64,000 bases of DNA, taken from Antechinus flavipes. Taxonomy: Eukaryota. Positions within the stretch are counted from its first letter, which is position 1. Each line of letters opens with the position of its first letter. The translations under genes and the position numbers were made by a program. A model generated the notes under the pieces. It did not search any database and had not been told where the DNA came from. It saw only the letters and a list, made by a program, of their open reading frames with translations. This document shows positions 10,506-23,324 of the stretch, piece by piece. Location of the stretch: assembly GCF_016432865.1 (NCBI RefSeq), contig NC_067399.1:141732001-141796000 (forward strand). Direction: 5' to 3'.

Positions 10506-12859
10506 TTGCATTATCTGAAGGTGATATGTATTCCCCCAAATCACCTTATTACCTTGTATTATCTTCTTCAACAAAATCTTCCAGGTTAAAAAAAAGGACT
10601 AAAATTAATATAAAGAGTAATACAAAGGGGAAAATTAGAAAAGGCAGCTTCTAAAGTGCAAAGAAGCAATAAGAGAAGGAGGGGAGATATCTTTGTCTTG
10701 ATTGACAGAAGAAGTGGATGCTGTCTCTGCAATAATTTAAATTTTTTTTCATGTTTCAGTCATATCCAGTTATTTCACCACCCCTTTGGTGGTCTTCTTG
10801 GCAAGGATATTAAAGTGGTATGCTATTTCCTTCTCCACTCATTTTACAAATGAGTAAACTAAGCCAAATAAGATTAAGTTATTGCCCAGGATCATGTAGC
10901 TAGTATCTAAAAGCTGGATTTGAACTCAAGTTTTCCTGACTCCATGCCCAGCACTCTATCCAATGTGCCACCTAGCTGCTTTGAATTTAAAAATACTTCA
11001 TATTTACATAGTACTTTAAAGAACTTTCACATCTATTTTCTCTTGTTCAAAGGTTTCTGGCTGATCCCCTTGGGATATTGGGGAGGTGGCAATGTGAGAG
11101 GGACTAAAACATTTATTTATTCTGGTATGGATTGGACTAGATAACCTAGGAGGAACTTTCAAGACTGAGATTCTGTGATCTCATATGATCCTATAATAAC
11201 AATCACAGACATAGGTAGGAAATATATTATTATCCCAATTTTACACATGAAGAAAATGAAGGTCAGAGAAATGAAATCTGGTGAGTTTGTTTTGTTTTTT
11301 AACAGATGTTGATAGAGCCATCTCTTCTTTACCACCCATGAGTTCCTCTTCTCAAGAGTTTAGGACTCTGGAGGAATCCTTCAGACATGACATTCTCCAA
11401 CTCATACACATATGAATGGCTTTGTCAAGAACTTTTGCCTTAGGAAGGTAACTTACACCAAATCTTCCAGGCTAATGTTGTGAAACATTATCAGAGGGTG
11501 AAATTTCAAGTATTATCTCCAGGGTTTCAGGGTGTCCCTAACTGGAGACATAGACAACTAGAAATTCTACGTAAGGTGATTCTTAGCTTAGAGTCTCTTA
11601 AAAGAAGCATGGGGCCTAAATAAAGAGTATATTTTTAATTTTCTGATTAAAATGTTTTTATTCTATTAATATCATAAGATGATAAATTACAAGACTATAT
11701 CAATTATAAGACTATAAATTGTTGTCCTGTATTGGTAGAGAAGGATTTTCCTCACCAAGTTTTCTCTATGTCAATAGAACTGCAGATCTAATAAAAAAAA
11801 TCCTTCACAAAGAGAACCTGGGAGAGAAGCAATGAGATTAATTAAAGTATCCTTTTGATATCTAGGATTATATCTTTCCAGCCTTTAGCCTCAAGTCTAT
11901 TGACATCCAATTTTGGTTATACTAGAGATTCTGAGGTATTCGTTGGTGATATGACTAGTAGGCAGATGACCTCTTGATCTGGCTATGAGGTAGACAGATC
12001 ATGTGTTCTCATGCCCTTTGGACTGCAGGGACTAAACGTCAGGACTCTGTGCAAAGGAGAGATTGCTCCCATCCTGCATATCCTAGATATCTGCTATCAT
12101 ACTGGCATTTGGATGTTCCTTAGTTGAGCTTCAACTGGTCATTTTCTCTTTTCCCCAGCAGCCCCCTTTCTGGGAAAGAATGATTGGTTTACTTCCCTAT
12201 AATTACAGGACAATTGTCTGCAGGATGATGAAAGCCCCAGCTGTGCAATGAATAATGTTGAAGGAAGCTGACCAGGTGAAGGACTGGCTATCAGTGTCCA
12301 TCCCACATGGTCTGTAAGTCATCACAAGGCTAGAGTGAGAAGGACTGAGACAGGAAAAGGGAGAGAAGCAAGAGAATGGACTCCCAAACAGTCCCATCCA
12401 CTGTTACCAATGTTCTCTTAACCACTAAATCCTAAAACCTTTTCTCAGCCCTTATTGTATTTGTCTTTGTACTTTTTAACCCTGACTTCCCCTCCTCTCA
12501 GGACTATTCTCTCCTACCCTGACCTTTATTGTGCTGAATTAATTTGGTTTTCTTCTCCCAGCTTCCTAAATTAGGGGTCATGATTCTATATGGGGTTTCA
12601 TTTCTGAAGGTAATGATCACAAAATTGTGATTTATAATCATTAAATGTTTGATTTGTATACCTGTTTTATATACTCATATACCTGGGATCATGTAAAAAT
12701 TTCTCAGGCAAAAGGGATCACAAGTACAAAATTTAAGAAGCCCTGGTCTATTTGAATCTTTTTTTTTCCAGTTTTCTTTACTATATATCATCATTCTGCT
12801 AAGTGGAAAACAAGCTGTTTGGGGAACCATCATTCTTCCAATAATTCAGTAATGCCATA

Positions 12860-13560
12860 TTCATTCTTGGTCCTCACAAAAATTCAATCACTAGCCAAGC
12901 CATGTCTATTCTACCTTCCCATTAGGTTACTATCACCCCCTTTTCTCTAACTATCTTGATTTAATCATTCATCACCTATTATCTGAACTCTGACAATTGC
13001 ATTCTAAAGGGTCTCCCTTGCTTGCAGGCTGTCCCCTCAACAATACACAAAGCCATCAAATCAATCTCTTTAAAACACAAATCTGATTATGTCACATCCT
13101 TACTCAAAAATCTTTGCTTCTGGTTGGCTCTAGGATAACATATGAAATCTTTAGTCTAACATTTAAATCCTTCTAAGATCTGCTCCCCACCTTCCTTGCT
13201 AGCCTTATTTCATACTGCTTTTCTTCCTGTACCCTGTGTTCCAAAATTGCTGCTCCCGGGCACAACAGAACATGTCTTTTCTCTAGGACTTTGCACAAGC
13301 TTCTTTTCCATGCCTGGAATGCAATCGCTCCTCATGGCTACCTTGGACTACGCAGTTTCCTTCAGAGCACAGATCAGTTAACCTAAATAAGGCTTTTCTT
13401 TATCTCCCTAGTAACCAATGCTCTCTGCTTTATTTTGTACCTTGTACTTAACTGTGTACACATTTTATCCTCTGGTTCTTTCACTAAGGAAAATTTCATT
13501 CTTATTTTTGTATTTTCAGCTCCCAGAAAGGCGCTTTGTACATATTAAGCAAATAACGAA
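12860..13560 (+). mobile_element. L2 LINE 3' fragment
   Basis: Characteristic L2 motifs (aaaacacaaatctgattatgtcacatccttactcaaaa; tail ending aaataacgaat). Further L2 pieces at ~16425-16565, 38290-38530, 47350-47640 and 48990-49300. Confidence 0.6.
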
Positions 13561-13849
13561 TTTTTGTTAACTAGGTTTAACTGAGTTCTACAGAAATGGA
13601 GGATGCCTCAGAAACCAGGTCTTAAGCAAGCATCCCAAAAGCTGCCTAAAAATACAGAAGTATTATGGAGACCAAATTGATAGGATCTGACCAATTGCCT
13701 AGATAGAAGAGAAAAGAAGGGGAAATGAAGAGTTGAGGATGAATCTGAGAGCCTGTCGTGCTTAACTACATGCTATTTAACTTTTTTTTTAATCAGGAAG
13801 AGGGAAGGATGGGTTTAGGGGTAAACATCAGTTCTGTAGAGGCAACAAA

Positions 13850-14100
13850 GACAGCGCTAGGCCAGCAATCAGGAAAATTCATCTCCCTGAATTCAAATCT
13901 GCCCTCAGACACTTATTAGCTATGGGTGGACACTGGGCAAATCACTTCCTTTTGTTTGACTCAGTTTCCTAATCTGCAAAAGGAGCTGGAGAAGGAACTG
14001 GCAAACCACTCCAGTATTTTTGCCAAGAAAATCCCAAAAAAGGGTCATAAAGAGTTGGACGTGAATGAAAGTGATTGAACAATAGCAACAACAACCGCAT
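13850..14100 (+). mobile_element. MAR1-type CORE-SINE with RTE/BovB-like tail (further copies at ~10780-10980-, 16935-17190-, 25555-25790-, 28490-28705-, 30430-30660-, 32945-33160-, 49660-49870-, 53055-53270+, 56045-56275+)
   Basis: tRNA-like head (gaattcaaatctgccctcagacac), CORE block, and tail ctggagaaggaactggcaaaccactccagtatttttgccaagaaaatccc...tgaacaatagcaacaac. Confidence 0.75.
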
Positions 14101-14714
14101 CAGTTCTGTGCCAGGATCTTTGCCTAGGGAGGAACAGTACAAAAATGACAAAATAGGGAGTTGAAACCCAAGATAAGTAGAGAGATAATAAGAGCACTTG
14201 TTTGCCCTTATGAGTTCAAGTCATCTGGCCCAGATGAACTACATTCCAAAGTACTGAATGAGCCAGCAGATGTGCTTGCTGACCCAACATCAATGACCTT
14301 TGTAAAGACTGTGAACAATGAGGGACGTGCTGCAAGACTAGGCAAAGCAAATGTCCCCATTTTCAAAAAAAGAATAGAGAATTCAGCCTGCAAACTATTG
14401 GCCAGTGAGTTTGACTTCTTCTATTTCTGGAAAAATTCTAGAATAGATTATAAAAGGGATATCTTGGGAACATTTAGAAAAGGAAATGGTAGAGAGATAG
14501 TCTGGATCCATCAAGGTCAATCCAGAAAAAAACTTTGTTTTCTTTTATTAAAAGAGTAGATCAGCAGGATGAGATAGATATAGTTTGCCAAGATTTTAGA
14601 AAAACATTTGACAAAATCTCTTACACTCTTCTTGCACACAAATTGAAGAGGTATGGTGGATTCAGATTTGGTTAAGTGGACAAATTGAAAGAGTGGTCAT
14701 TAAAGGTGTTTCAA

Positions 14715-14829
14715 GGGGCAGCTAAGTGGTACAATGGATAGAGCACCTAGCCCCTGGAGTCAGGAGGATCTGGATTTAAATCCAGACACCTTTCTAGCTG
14801 TGTGACCCAGGGCAATTTAACACATTTGC

Positions 14830-14863
<34 letters not shown>
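14715..14863 (+). mobile_element. WSINE1/SINE1-type tRNA SINE with A32 tail
   Basis: ggggcagctaagtggtacaatggatagagcac...ggagtcaggagg head and a long poly(A) at 14832-14863. Confidence 0.85.
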
Positions 14864-14866
<3 letters not shown>

Positions 14867-14989
14867 GGTTCAATGTCATCTTAACCTTGAAATTTTCTTG
14901 GCAGAAAGCCTAGGAGAGTCTGTGCTTGACGATGTGCTATTTAACTTTTTTTTTTTTTAAATTTAATGCCTTAAATAAAGGCATAGATT

Positions 14990-15265
14990 TTTTGTTGTTG
15001 GATTTGAGTTCATTTCTGTTGTATCTAGTTTTTCATGACTGCTTTGGGGTTTTGTAAGAGGTTTTTGTTGTTGTTGTTTTGGCAAAGATATTGCAATAGT
15101 TGCTATTTGCTCCTCCAGCTGGTTTTAGAAATTGGGAAAGTGAGGCAAACAGGGTTAAGTGACTTGCCTAAAGTTATTCAGCTATTAAATGTCTGAAACA
15201 GGATTTGAACTCAGGAAGATGATTGCAAGACCAATACACTATCCAGTAAGCCACCTAAATGCCCC
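14990..15265 (-). mobile_element. MAR1-type SINE with a 13-bp TSD
   Basis: Flanked by AAAGGCATAGATT at 14977-14989 and 15266-15278. The SINE head GGGGCA begins at 15265 on the minus strand. Confidence 0.85.
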
Positions 15266-15643
15266 AAAGGCATAGATTATATTATCAAGTTTGTAGATAA
15301 CACCAAGGAGAGATAACTAGCATGTTAAATGACAATGAGGATCCAAAATTATCTTGTCAGATTAGAATACTGAGCCTAATTTGAAAAGATGAAATTTAAT
15401 AGAGATAATATAAAGCTTCATAATTATGCTCCAAGAAATCAACTTCACATGGAGAAGGAATGATTAAATAGCACTGAGTCAGTAGCTACAACAGACTGTT
15501 CTGCTTTCACCTAGCTCTCCTAGCCATCCTCAGATGAAGGAACTCCTGTTGGGAAGAAATCAGCCGTCCCCACCAACCAACAGCGACTAACAGGACATGC
15601 AAGCTGACTTGGCTGAAGCTGCAAAGCTTCCTGAGGAAGCAGC

Positions 15644-15774
15644 ATGTGCCAGGCAAGTAAAATCATTACTACCATCTTAACTGGCATCTCAGACCCTGAA
15701 GATCTTCATCTTCAGACCCTGATGGAGACAGCCTGGGTTCTTGTACTCAAGACCCTTGGAAATAGATCATTGGA
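15644..15774 (+). pseudogene. YBX3: Probable 5' part of the YBX3-like retrocopy (decayed N-terminal coding region)
   Basis: gaggaagcagcATG TGC CAG GCA AGT AAA ATC ATT ACT ACC (MCQASKIITT) resembles YBX3 MSEAGEATTTT after CpG decay. It joins 16135 once the L1 and its TSD are removed. Confidence 0.4.
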
Positions 15775-16120
15775 TCTTGTGATGAAGAGAACCATCTACA
15801 CCCAGAGAGAGGATTGTGAGGACTGAGTGTGGATCACGACAGAACATTCTCACTCTTTTTATTGTTGTTCACTTGCATTTTGTTTCCTTACTCATTTTTT
15901 CCCTTTTTGATCTGATTTTTCTTATTCAGCAAGATTATTGTATAAATATGTTTACATATTGGATTTAATATATTTTAACATGTATAACATATATTGGATT
16001 GCTTGCCATGAGGGGGAGGAGAAGGTGGGAAAAATTTGGAACACAAGGCTATACAAAAATCAATATTGAAAAATTATCTATGCATATGTTTTGAAAATAA
16101 AAAGCTTTTTAAAAAGAGAG
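15775..16120 (+). mobile_element. 5'-truncated L1 (3' UTR) with a 14-bp TSD
   Basis: AATAGATCATTGGA at 15761-15774 and 16121-16134 flanks an L1 3' end with AATAAA and an A-rich tail. Confidence 0.85.
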
Positions 16121-16134
16121 AATAGATCATTGGA

Positions 16135-16396
16135 GCTTTTCATCTGATTTGGAACCTCCAAAACCTCTAGCTTAGTGTCATTAGCTATCATCCTACAAAG
16201 AAACCCCCTTTGGAGATGAAACCTGACAACTGCTCCTGCAAGTACTATAGCTATAGCTACTGCATATTCAGAAAAGAAGTATCTTGTCCCCAAAGTTCTT
16301 GGAACTGTCAACTGGTTCAACATTAGAACTGATCATTTCCTTGATAGAAAAGACATTAGAGAAGAGGCATTGAAAACCGCCACTGCATCCCAATGA
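16135..16396 (+). pseudogene. YBX3: Y-box (cold-shock domain) processed pseudogene fragment, YBX3-like
   Basis: 16271-16366 translates as EKKYLVPKVLGTVNWFNIRTDHFLDRKDIREE, versus recalled YBX3 [33 protein letters not shown]. No introns are present, and TGA stops lie at 16217 and 16394. Confidence 0.75.
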
Positions 16397-19382
16397 CTGT
16401 CAGACCTTTTCATCCCATTTGAAAACTTCCATAAATGTTGTCTCCCCCTTTAGAATGTGAGCTCTTTGAGAGCAGGAACAGTCTTACTTCTTTGTTTGCA
16501 TGCCCATTGCTTAGCATAATGCTTTGTGCATAGTAAGTGCTTAATAAATGTTTTATTTATTCATTCAAAAAAATTGTCTCAGGTAATATTGAGATATAGT
16601 GTTCAGGTGACAGTCCCACTGTTCTCTGCCCCAATTAGACTCATCTGAATCATGGCATTCAGTTCTAGGGAGCTACATTTTAGGAAAGAGATTGGAAAGT
16701 TAGACAGTGTCCAGAGGAATGCCCAGTGTGGGGAAGAGTCTTAAAATCAAGTCTCCTGAGGACCAATTTAGGCTAGAGATGTTTTAGTTTGGACTTAAAA
16801 AGAACATCACCTCTGTCTTCAAGTTGAAAGGTTGTTGACAAAAAGAGTCAATAGATTTATTATTTTTGTCCCAGGGGACAGTAAAAAGGAGATTTAGATA
16901 GGATATAAAGAAAAAGGAACTTCATAACAATTTTTGTGGTTGTAAGTCACTTCTGCCTTACCATGAACTTATTTGTTCTTGGCAAAGCTCTTAAGAGTGG
17001 TTTGCCATTTTCTTCTCCAGATCATTTTACAGATGAAGAAACTGAGGCAAAAAACAAAATCTGAGGGTTAAGTAATTTACCTGGATTCATACACAGCTAA
17101 ATAAGTGTTTCAGGACAGATTTGAATTTATGAAGAGGAGTCTTCCTGTTTCCAAACCCAGTGCTCTATTCACTTCATCTACTAGCTGCCTCCATAAAAAT
17201 TAGAATTATTCAAAAGAGGAAAGGGTTGCCTCAGAGGTAAGGAGTTACTCCTCATTAAAGATGTCAAACAAAGGTTGGATGCTATTTGTTGGGGGATATT
17301 GTAGAGGGGATTTTTGTTCAGTTATGACCTATACTATGGCTCTTCACCTGCTGCTTGCCTAAGATCCTAGTTTCATCCCCTCAATCATTTTGTTTTTGTT
17401 TGTTTTTGTCTTGTAATGTCTTATTAAAGGGCACAGAATGGAAGTACAGTAGGTTCAGTCTGCATCGAGAATTGCTATCCCAGAGCTTGAATAAACAAGG
17501 TAAATCCATGTGTTGAAGGACATTAAATGTCAGACAGAGAGAATTGAGGTTTCAGGAAAGTTACTGTGTATAGAGGAAGAGGGATCAGCTCAGGGAAAAA
17601 TTGGAGAGAGAGAGAGAACATCCAGTAATCCAGTCATACAGGGCTTTACCAACAATAATCCACATTTGTAAAGCACTTTAAGGTGTACAAAGGAAGGGAA
17701 GAAATAGACATTTATTAAGCACCTCCTAGGAGCCAGGCATTACGCCAAATATTTTACAAATATTTTATTTGACCCTCACAACAATCCTGGGGAGAAAGGT
17801 ACTCGTGTTAACATTTTTTAAACTGAGGCAACAGAAGCTAAGTGGTTAAATGATTTGTTTAGCATCACACAGCTAATAAGTATCTAAATCTAGATTTGAA
17901 TAGATTTGAATTCCTGATTTCATGGCCAATTCTCTACCCAATGGATAATGAACAGTGTAGGGTATCTATATATACCTATTTATTTAGAGTATATGTTGTC
18001 TTCTCCACTAGGAATTTAGGAATTATTATTATTTTTCATCAAATATCTTAAACAAAAGTAAAAGGGAAGGGGAGTGAGCATTTATATGGCACTTACTATG
18101 TGCCTTACCCTGGGCTAAGCACTTTATCATTACCTAATTTGCTTGTCACAACAACCCTTGGAGGTAAATAGTATGATGATCCATTTTACAGTTAAAGAAA
18201 GTGAAATTAAGTCACATTGCTAGTAAGTATCTGAGGCTAGATTTGAACGTAGGCTCTCTGGACTCCAGTCCTATATTCATTGCACCACCTAGTCTTTTTC
18301 CTTTCCTCACCTCAAAGAGACAGATAAACTCTGAGAGGAAGATAATGGTATATTTTTCCTATTTTTACATTTGAAGAAACTAAGGCCCACAAATTAATAT
18401 AGTAAATGTCAGAATCAAGATAAATCAGGCAAAAAGGATCGCAGCTAGTGCAGGGATCATAGAAGCAGAAAAAGGCAAAATCTTTTTTTCAAAAAAAATT
18501 TTTTTAGCAAGCTATATTTGCTGCCTGGTGACTGAATATGAAGGAGAGATAATAAGATGTGGAACCAGGAAAGACTGCCTTTGAATCCTTCCTCAGATAC
18601 TTATTGGCTGTGTGATCCTAGCAAGTCCCATGCTCTTTAGACATCAGTTTCTCCATTTGCAAATAAGGGGAGAGGCTACTCTCTGTGACCTCAAAGGACC
18701 TTTCCAGGTCTAAATATATGAATTTTTAAGAAAGGTCCACCGAATTCTGGCTTCTAATAGGAAAATAGCAAGTTTGACTTTGGACACGTTGAGTTAGAAA
18801 TGATGGCACAACACCCACCTAGACAGGAGTACCCCTTGGATGCCAGTCTTGTGTTTGCCATAGACTTCTTCCTTCTCTCCTTTGTGACGTGATAGGGTTG
18901 ACAAGGTTCCAGTAGAATGAGTCTCGTTTCTAGTTAGGCCTTCCTCAGGGCTCGGAATGTTGCTTGCAATTCTGAGATGTCCCATGCTCTCCCCGGCCTG
19001 GGATTTCCCAACAGCCAAACACCTTTCCTACTTTCCATCTTGCTGCTGGTGCCCTACCTGTGCTGGGTCTCCAGGACAGGAATAACCTTGACTTGGGACT
19101 CCATCTCAGGCCTTGAGAACCAGTCACGCTCCATCAGCCCCCCGTGACTGGCTTACACATGACTGCTAATTCTGGAATCTATGCCTTCTGGAAGATCAAG
19201 GGATGGGCTGGCCCTCTATGTGGGGGACTGAGTGGGGAGGAAGGGGAACCCTAAGTACTCAGAAAAGGCCTCTCCGACCCCTGCAGGTGGATGCTCACTG
19301 ATGTGAGGGGCAGCTGGTCCCGGCACTGCCTCGGATGATATCGATGGAAATTAAACAGGAGACAAGGGGAAAGGTGAGGGGT

Positions 19383-19388
19383 TTTATT
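19383..19388 (-). terminator. LGI3: LGI3 distal polyadenylation signal (AATAAA); a proximal AATAAA lies at 19954-19959
   Basis: tttatt on the plus strand about 1.37 kb and about 0.8 kb downstream of the LGI3 stop. Confidence 0.55.
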
Positions 19389-20757
19389 GGAAAAAAGGTG
19401 AATCCGAGCTTTACGCCTGAGCCATCTGGATCATTGATATTGTAGGCTCTGGGGGGTCTCAGCAGACAGCAGCCCCCTCCCTCCTTTTACCACAGCCCAC
19501 CCCTTGTTTTCTCATATTCAAAGTGCCCAGAAGGTGGCAGCAGAAGCTTATCACCTGGGTGCCCTCACCTTCAGACTGGTAGCACTAGGCTGTTCACTCA
19601 CACCTGGCCCTCCCCAAAGGGCACAGCACCCGAGAGACATTCTGGCTAGAGATGCAGGAGCCCCAGGAAATGCCCAGCTTAGCTTGGCCCCTCTGGTGCT
19701 GGGGGCCTGTAGGCAAGTAGATACAAATGCCCCATCTGCCAACTTCCCCACCTCTTACCCAAGACAGACCCAGCCCGGGGCAGCTCAGGATAAACAGATG
19801 GGCAGGCTCCAGGGTGAGGACAGATTGGTATTGAGCCAAGATGGACTCAGTGTTCTGCTACCAGGCTCTTAGTCATCCCCTGCAAGCAGGAGGGGACCCT
19901 GCATCTCAGAAAGAACTGGGGGATGCACCAGCAGCACCAGGAAAAGCCTGGGGTTTATTATTGCTTTTGGTGGGAGTGGGAGCGGCTCAAGCGCAAACAG
20001 GGGCTGTTCCCATCGTCTTGATCCTGGCTAACAGTGGGAACGGGCCCAGCTGTGTGGGTGAGCAGAGGCAGAATGGGCTGTGGTTCCCTGGGGCACTGCA
20101 GCTTCCTGGGTCCTTCCTCTGTGGCAAACCAAGGGAGGGAATGGAGTGGAAGCCCTGCTAGACAAGCAGACACCCTACGTAGGCGAGTCTCTGTGTGTGT
20201 GTGTGTCCCTATGCACACTCATGTGAACAGAAGCTAAGGCTGGGGTGTTTCTTTGGGTGTGACTGGGTGGATGCCTTGGGCTGGGGGGGACAAGTTGTCG
20301 GGGTTCAGACACAGCTAAGGAAGGGTTTAGCCACCTGAGAGCAGAAATGCTAACTGTGTTAAAGAAATACTCTGAGGCATCAGTATGGGAGCCTGGGAGA
20401 GCCAGAGAAAAGCACAGATAGCCACTCAGGGTGCAGATGCTGGAGACAAGTGGACTTGTTAATACAGGAGAGTGAGATTGGGGGGGGGGGGGCCTGCACA
20501 CACCTCTGTGTGCATTTTGCATCTGCCTGGGAATGCGTTTAGGTGTGTTTGTGTATAGTTCTATTTAGGTCGGTTCTTGTACATCAGACGTGTGGCCACA
20601 TGTTACCTTGTGTTTCTTATGTGCACATGCATGTTTCTGGGGTGTACATCTATATGCATGTATGAACACTGGTCACATGTGTCTCCCCACTGTTACATAC
20701 GGACTACAGGGACCTCCCAGTGTCTTCTACAGAAAAATCTCCGCTCGGGGCTCCTCC

Positions 20758-21723
<966 letters not shown>

Positions 21724-22319
21724 CTACAGCAGTTACTGCCCTGACCGTCATTATTTTCTCATTGAGCCAAGGATGTTGATTTTTATCTCCCCAGAGTGAA
21801 AACTGCACGAAGGCGGGAGCCATGTCGTATAAGTCTCCAGATGCCCTGAAATGTCTGGCATTGGAAAGGGCATGGGGTGAGCACTCCATAACTGCTGGTT
21901 GACTGGTAGGTATTTAAAAGGAAGTTAACTGTTCTGGAGAGGAGGAAAGGCTCACTCCAAAAAACAAGACCCTTTGCATGAATGCCACACACACACGGAA
22001 ACAAAGTAGCTATGATTCATTGCCTTCTGAGAATAATTCTTTTAGAATGTAAAGTTTACATTCTAAAGTTTAAGTAAAGTTACATTCTAAAGTAAAGTTA
22101 AGTTTACATTCTAAACTGAAGGCAGGGGTTGCCTTTTTGCATTTGTTGTAGTCCAGCACATTCATTTATTCACATACAGACACACATATGTGCATATAAA
22201 CATAAACTTATACAATTATGCCAAGATAAAACTTTACACACATGACCAAAATTTATCTCCATCCTGGTTATCCTTTAGCTAGGATTAGTATTTATCCTCT
22301 CTCTTAACAGACTATGTCC

Positions 22320-22935
22320 CAGATCTACTTTGTCCTTCTTCCTCAGTATGTTGAGATATAAAATTTCCCCTAAAAACTGCTTTGGCTGCAGCCTATAAGT
22401 TTTGGTATGTTGCCTCATTATTGTCATTCTCTTGGATGAATTCATTGATTGTTACTATGATTTCTTGTTTGATCTACTCATTCTTTAGAATGAAATTATT
22501 TAATTCCCAATTGGTTTTTAGTCCATCTTACTTTGTTCTTTTATTCAATGTAATTTTTATTGCCTCATGGTCTAAAAAGGATGCATTTACTATTTCTGCC
22601 TTTCATTGTGAGATTTTTGTTTTTGTTTTTGCTGAGGCAATTGGGATTAAGTGACTTGCCCAGTATCACAGAGCTAGGAAGTGTTAGTGTCTGAGGTTAG
22701 ATTTGAACTCAAGTCCTCCTAACTTCAGAGCTGGCGCACTATCCAATGCACCACCTAGCTTCCCCAATTGTGAGGTTTCTATGCCCTAATACATGGTCAA
22801 TTTTTGTGTAGGTACTATGTACCACTCAGAAAAGAATATATTCCTTTCTATCCCTATTCAATTTTCCCCAGAGATCTATCATATCTAAGTTTTTAAAGAT
22901 TCTATTAATCTCCCTAATTTATTTTTTTTATTTTG
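22320..22935 (-). mobile_element. L1 ORF2 (endonuclease-region) fragment, interrupted by a WSINE1-type SINE at 22613-22766
   Basis: Antisense L1-type sequence (aagttttggtatgttg...aatttttattgc...atgcatttactatttctgcc). The SINE is flanked by the TSD ATTGTGAG at 22605-22612 and 22767-22774. Confidence 0.75.
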
Positions 22936-23159
22936 GTTAGATTTACCTAATTCTGTTCCTCAGCACAACAAAAACTCATAGTGTTTGTTTGGAAGACTCA
23001 AGTCTTATTTGGAAGACTTTGTTGCTCAAACAGTAATTCTGCCCATAGCCTGAAGCCCTCATCACTGAACTTCAGGCCCACATAGTCAAGCACAAAAGGC
23101 TATCATGCTAATTGGCAATGCTACTAGTAGTGCTGGAAGGAGACTGGCTGCCCCCATAC

Positions 23160-23324
23160 CTGGAATTCGGTCAAAATCACGAAGCTGCCGTTCCACATAG
23201 TCCCACTTGAGGATGGTACAGGCACTGGCACTGGGCTGGGCCAGGGCCAAGTAGAGATCACTGGCATAAAGAAAAGGTTCAGCCGACACCGCAGGGAAAG
23301 GCAGAGTCTGGTACAGCACGAAAT
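23160..23324 (-). CDS. LGI3: LGI3 exon 7: [17 protein letters not shown]...RDFDRIP
   Basis: 165 nt, AG/GTATGG boundaries, first EPTP repeat. Confidence 0.97.

Larger units (their letters stand above)
14190..17345 (+). mobile_element. Fragmented CR1/L3 LINE ORF2 (RT) plus 3' end, split by younger insertions
   Basis: Decayed translation FKSSGPDELHSKVLNEPADVLADP...ANVPIFKK matches CR1 KSPGPDxLHPRVLKELADVIAEP...ANVxPIFKK. The later pieces (gattttagaaaaacatttgacaaa = DFSKAFDK-like; aagtttgtagataacaccaag = KFADDTK-like; 16570-16930; 17195-17345) lie in CR1 order. Confidence 0.8.

Noticed and set aside
12200-12320. Exon-like segment with a tacag acceptor and gtaagt donor on the plus strand
   Set aside because: All three frames contain stops and there is no supporting neighbouring exon; a lncRNA exon cannot be supported from sequence alone.
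14715-14790. tRNA-like A/B boxes
   Set aside because: These are SINE heads; I recognised no complete tRNA, rRNA or CRISPR array anywhere in the window.
19120-19151. 9-bp inverted repeat ccagtcacg...cgtgactgg
   Set aside because: Short stem with a 14-nt loop, expected by chance in 64 kb.
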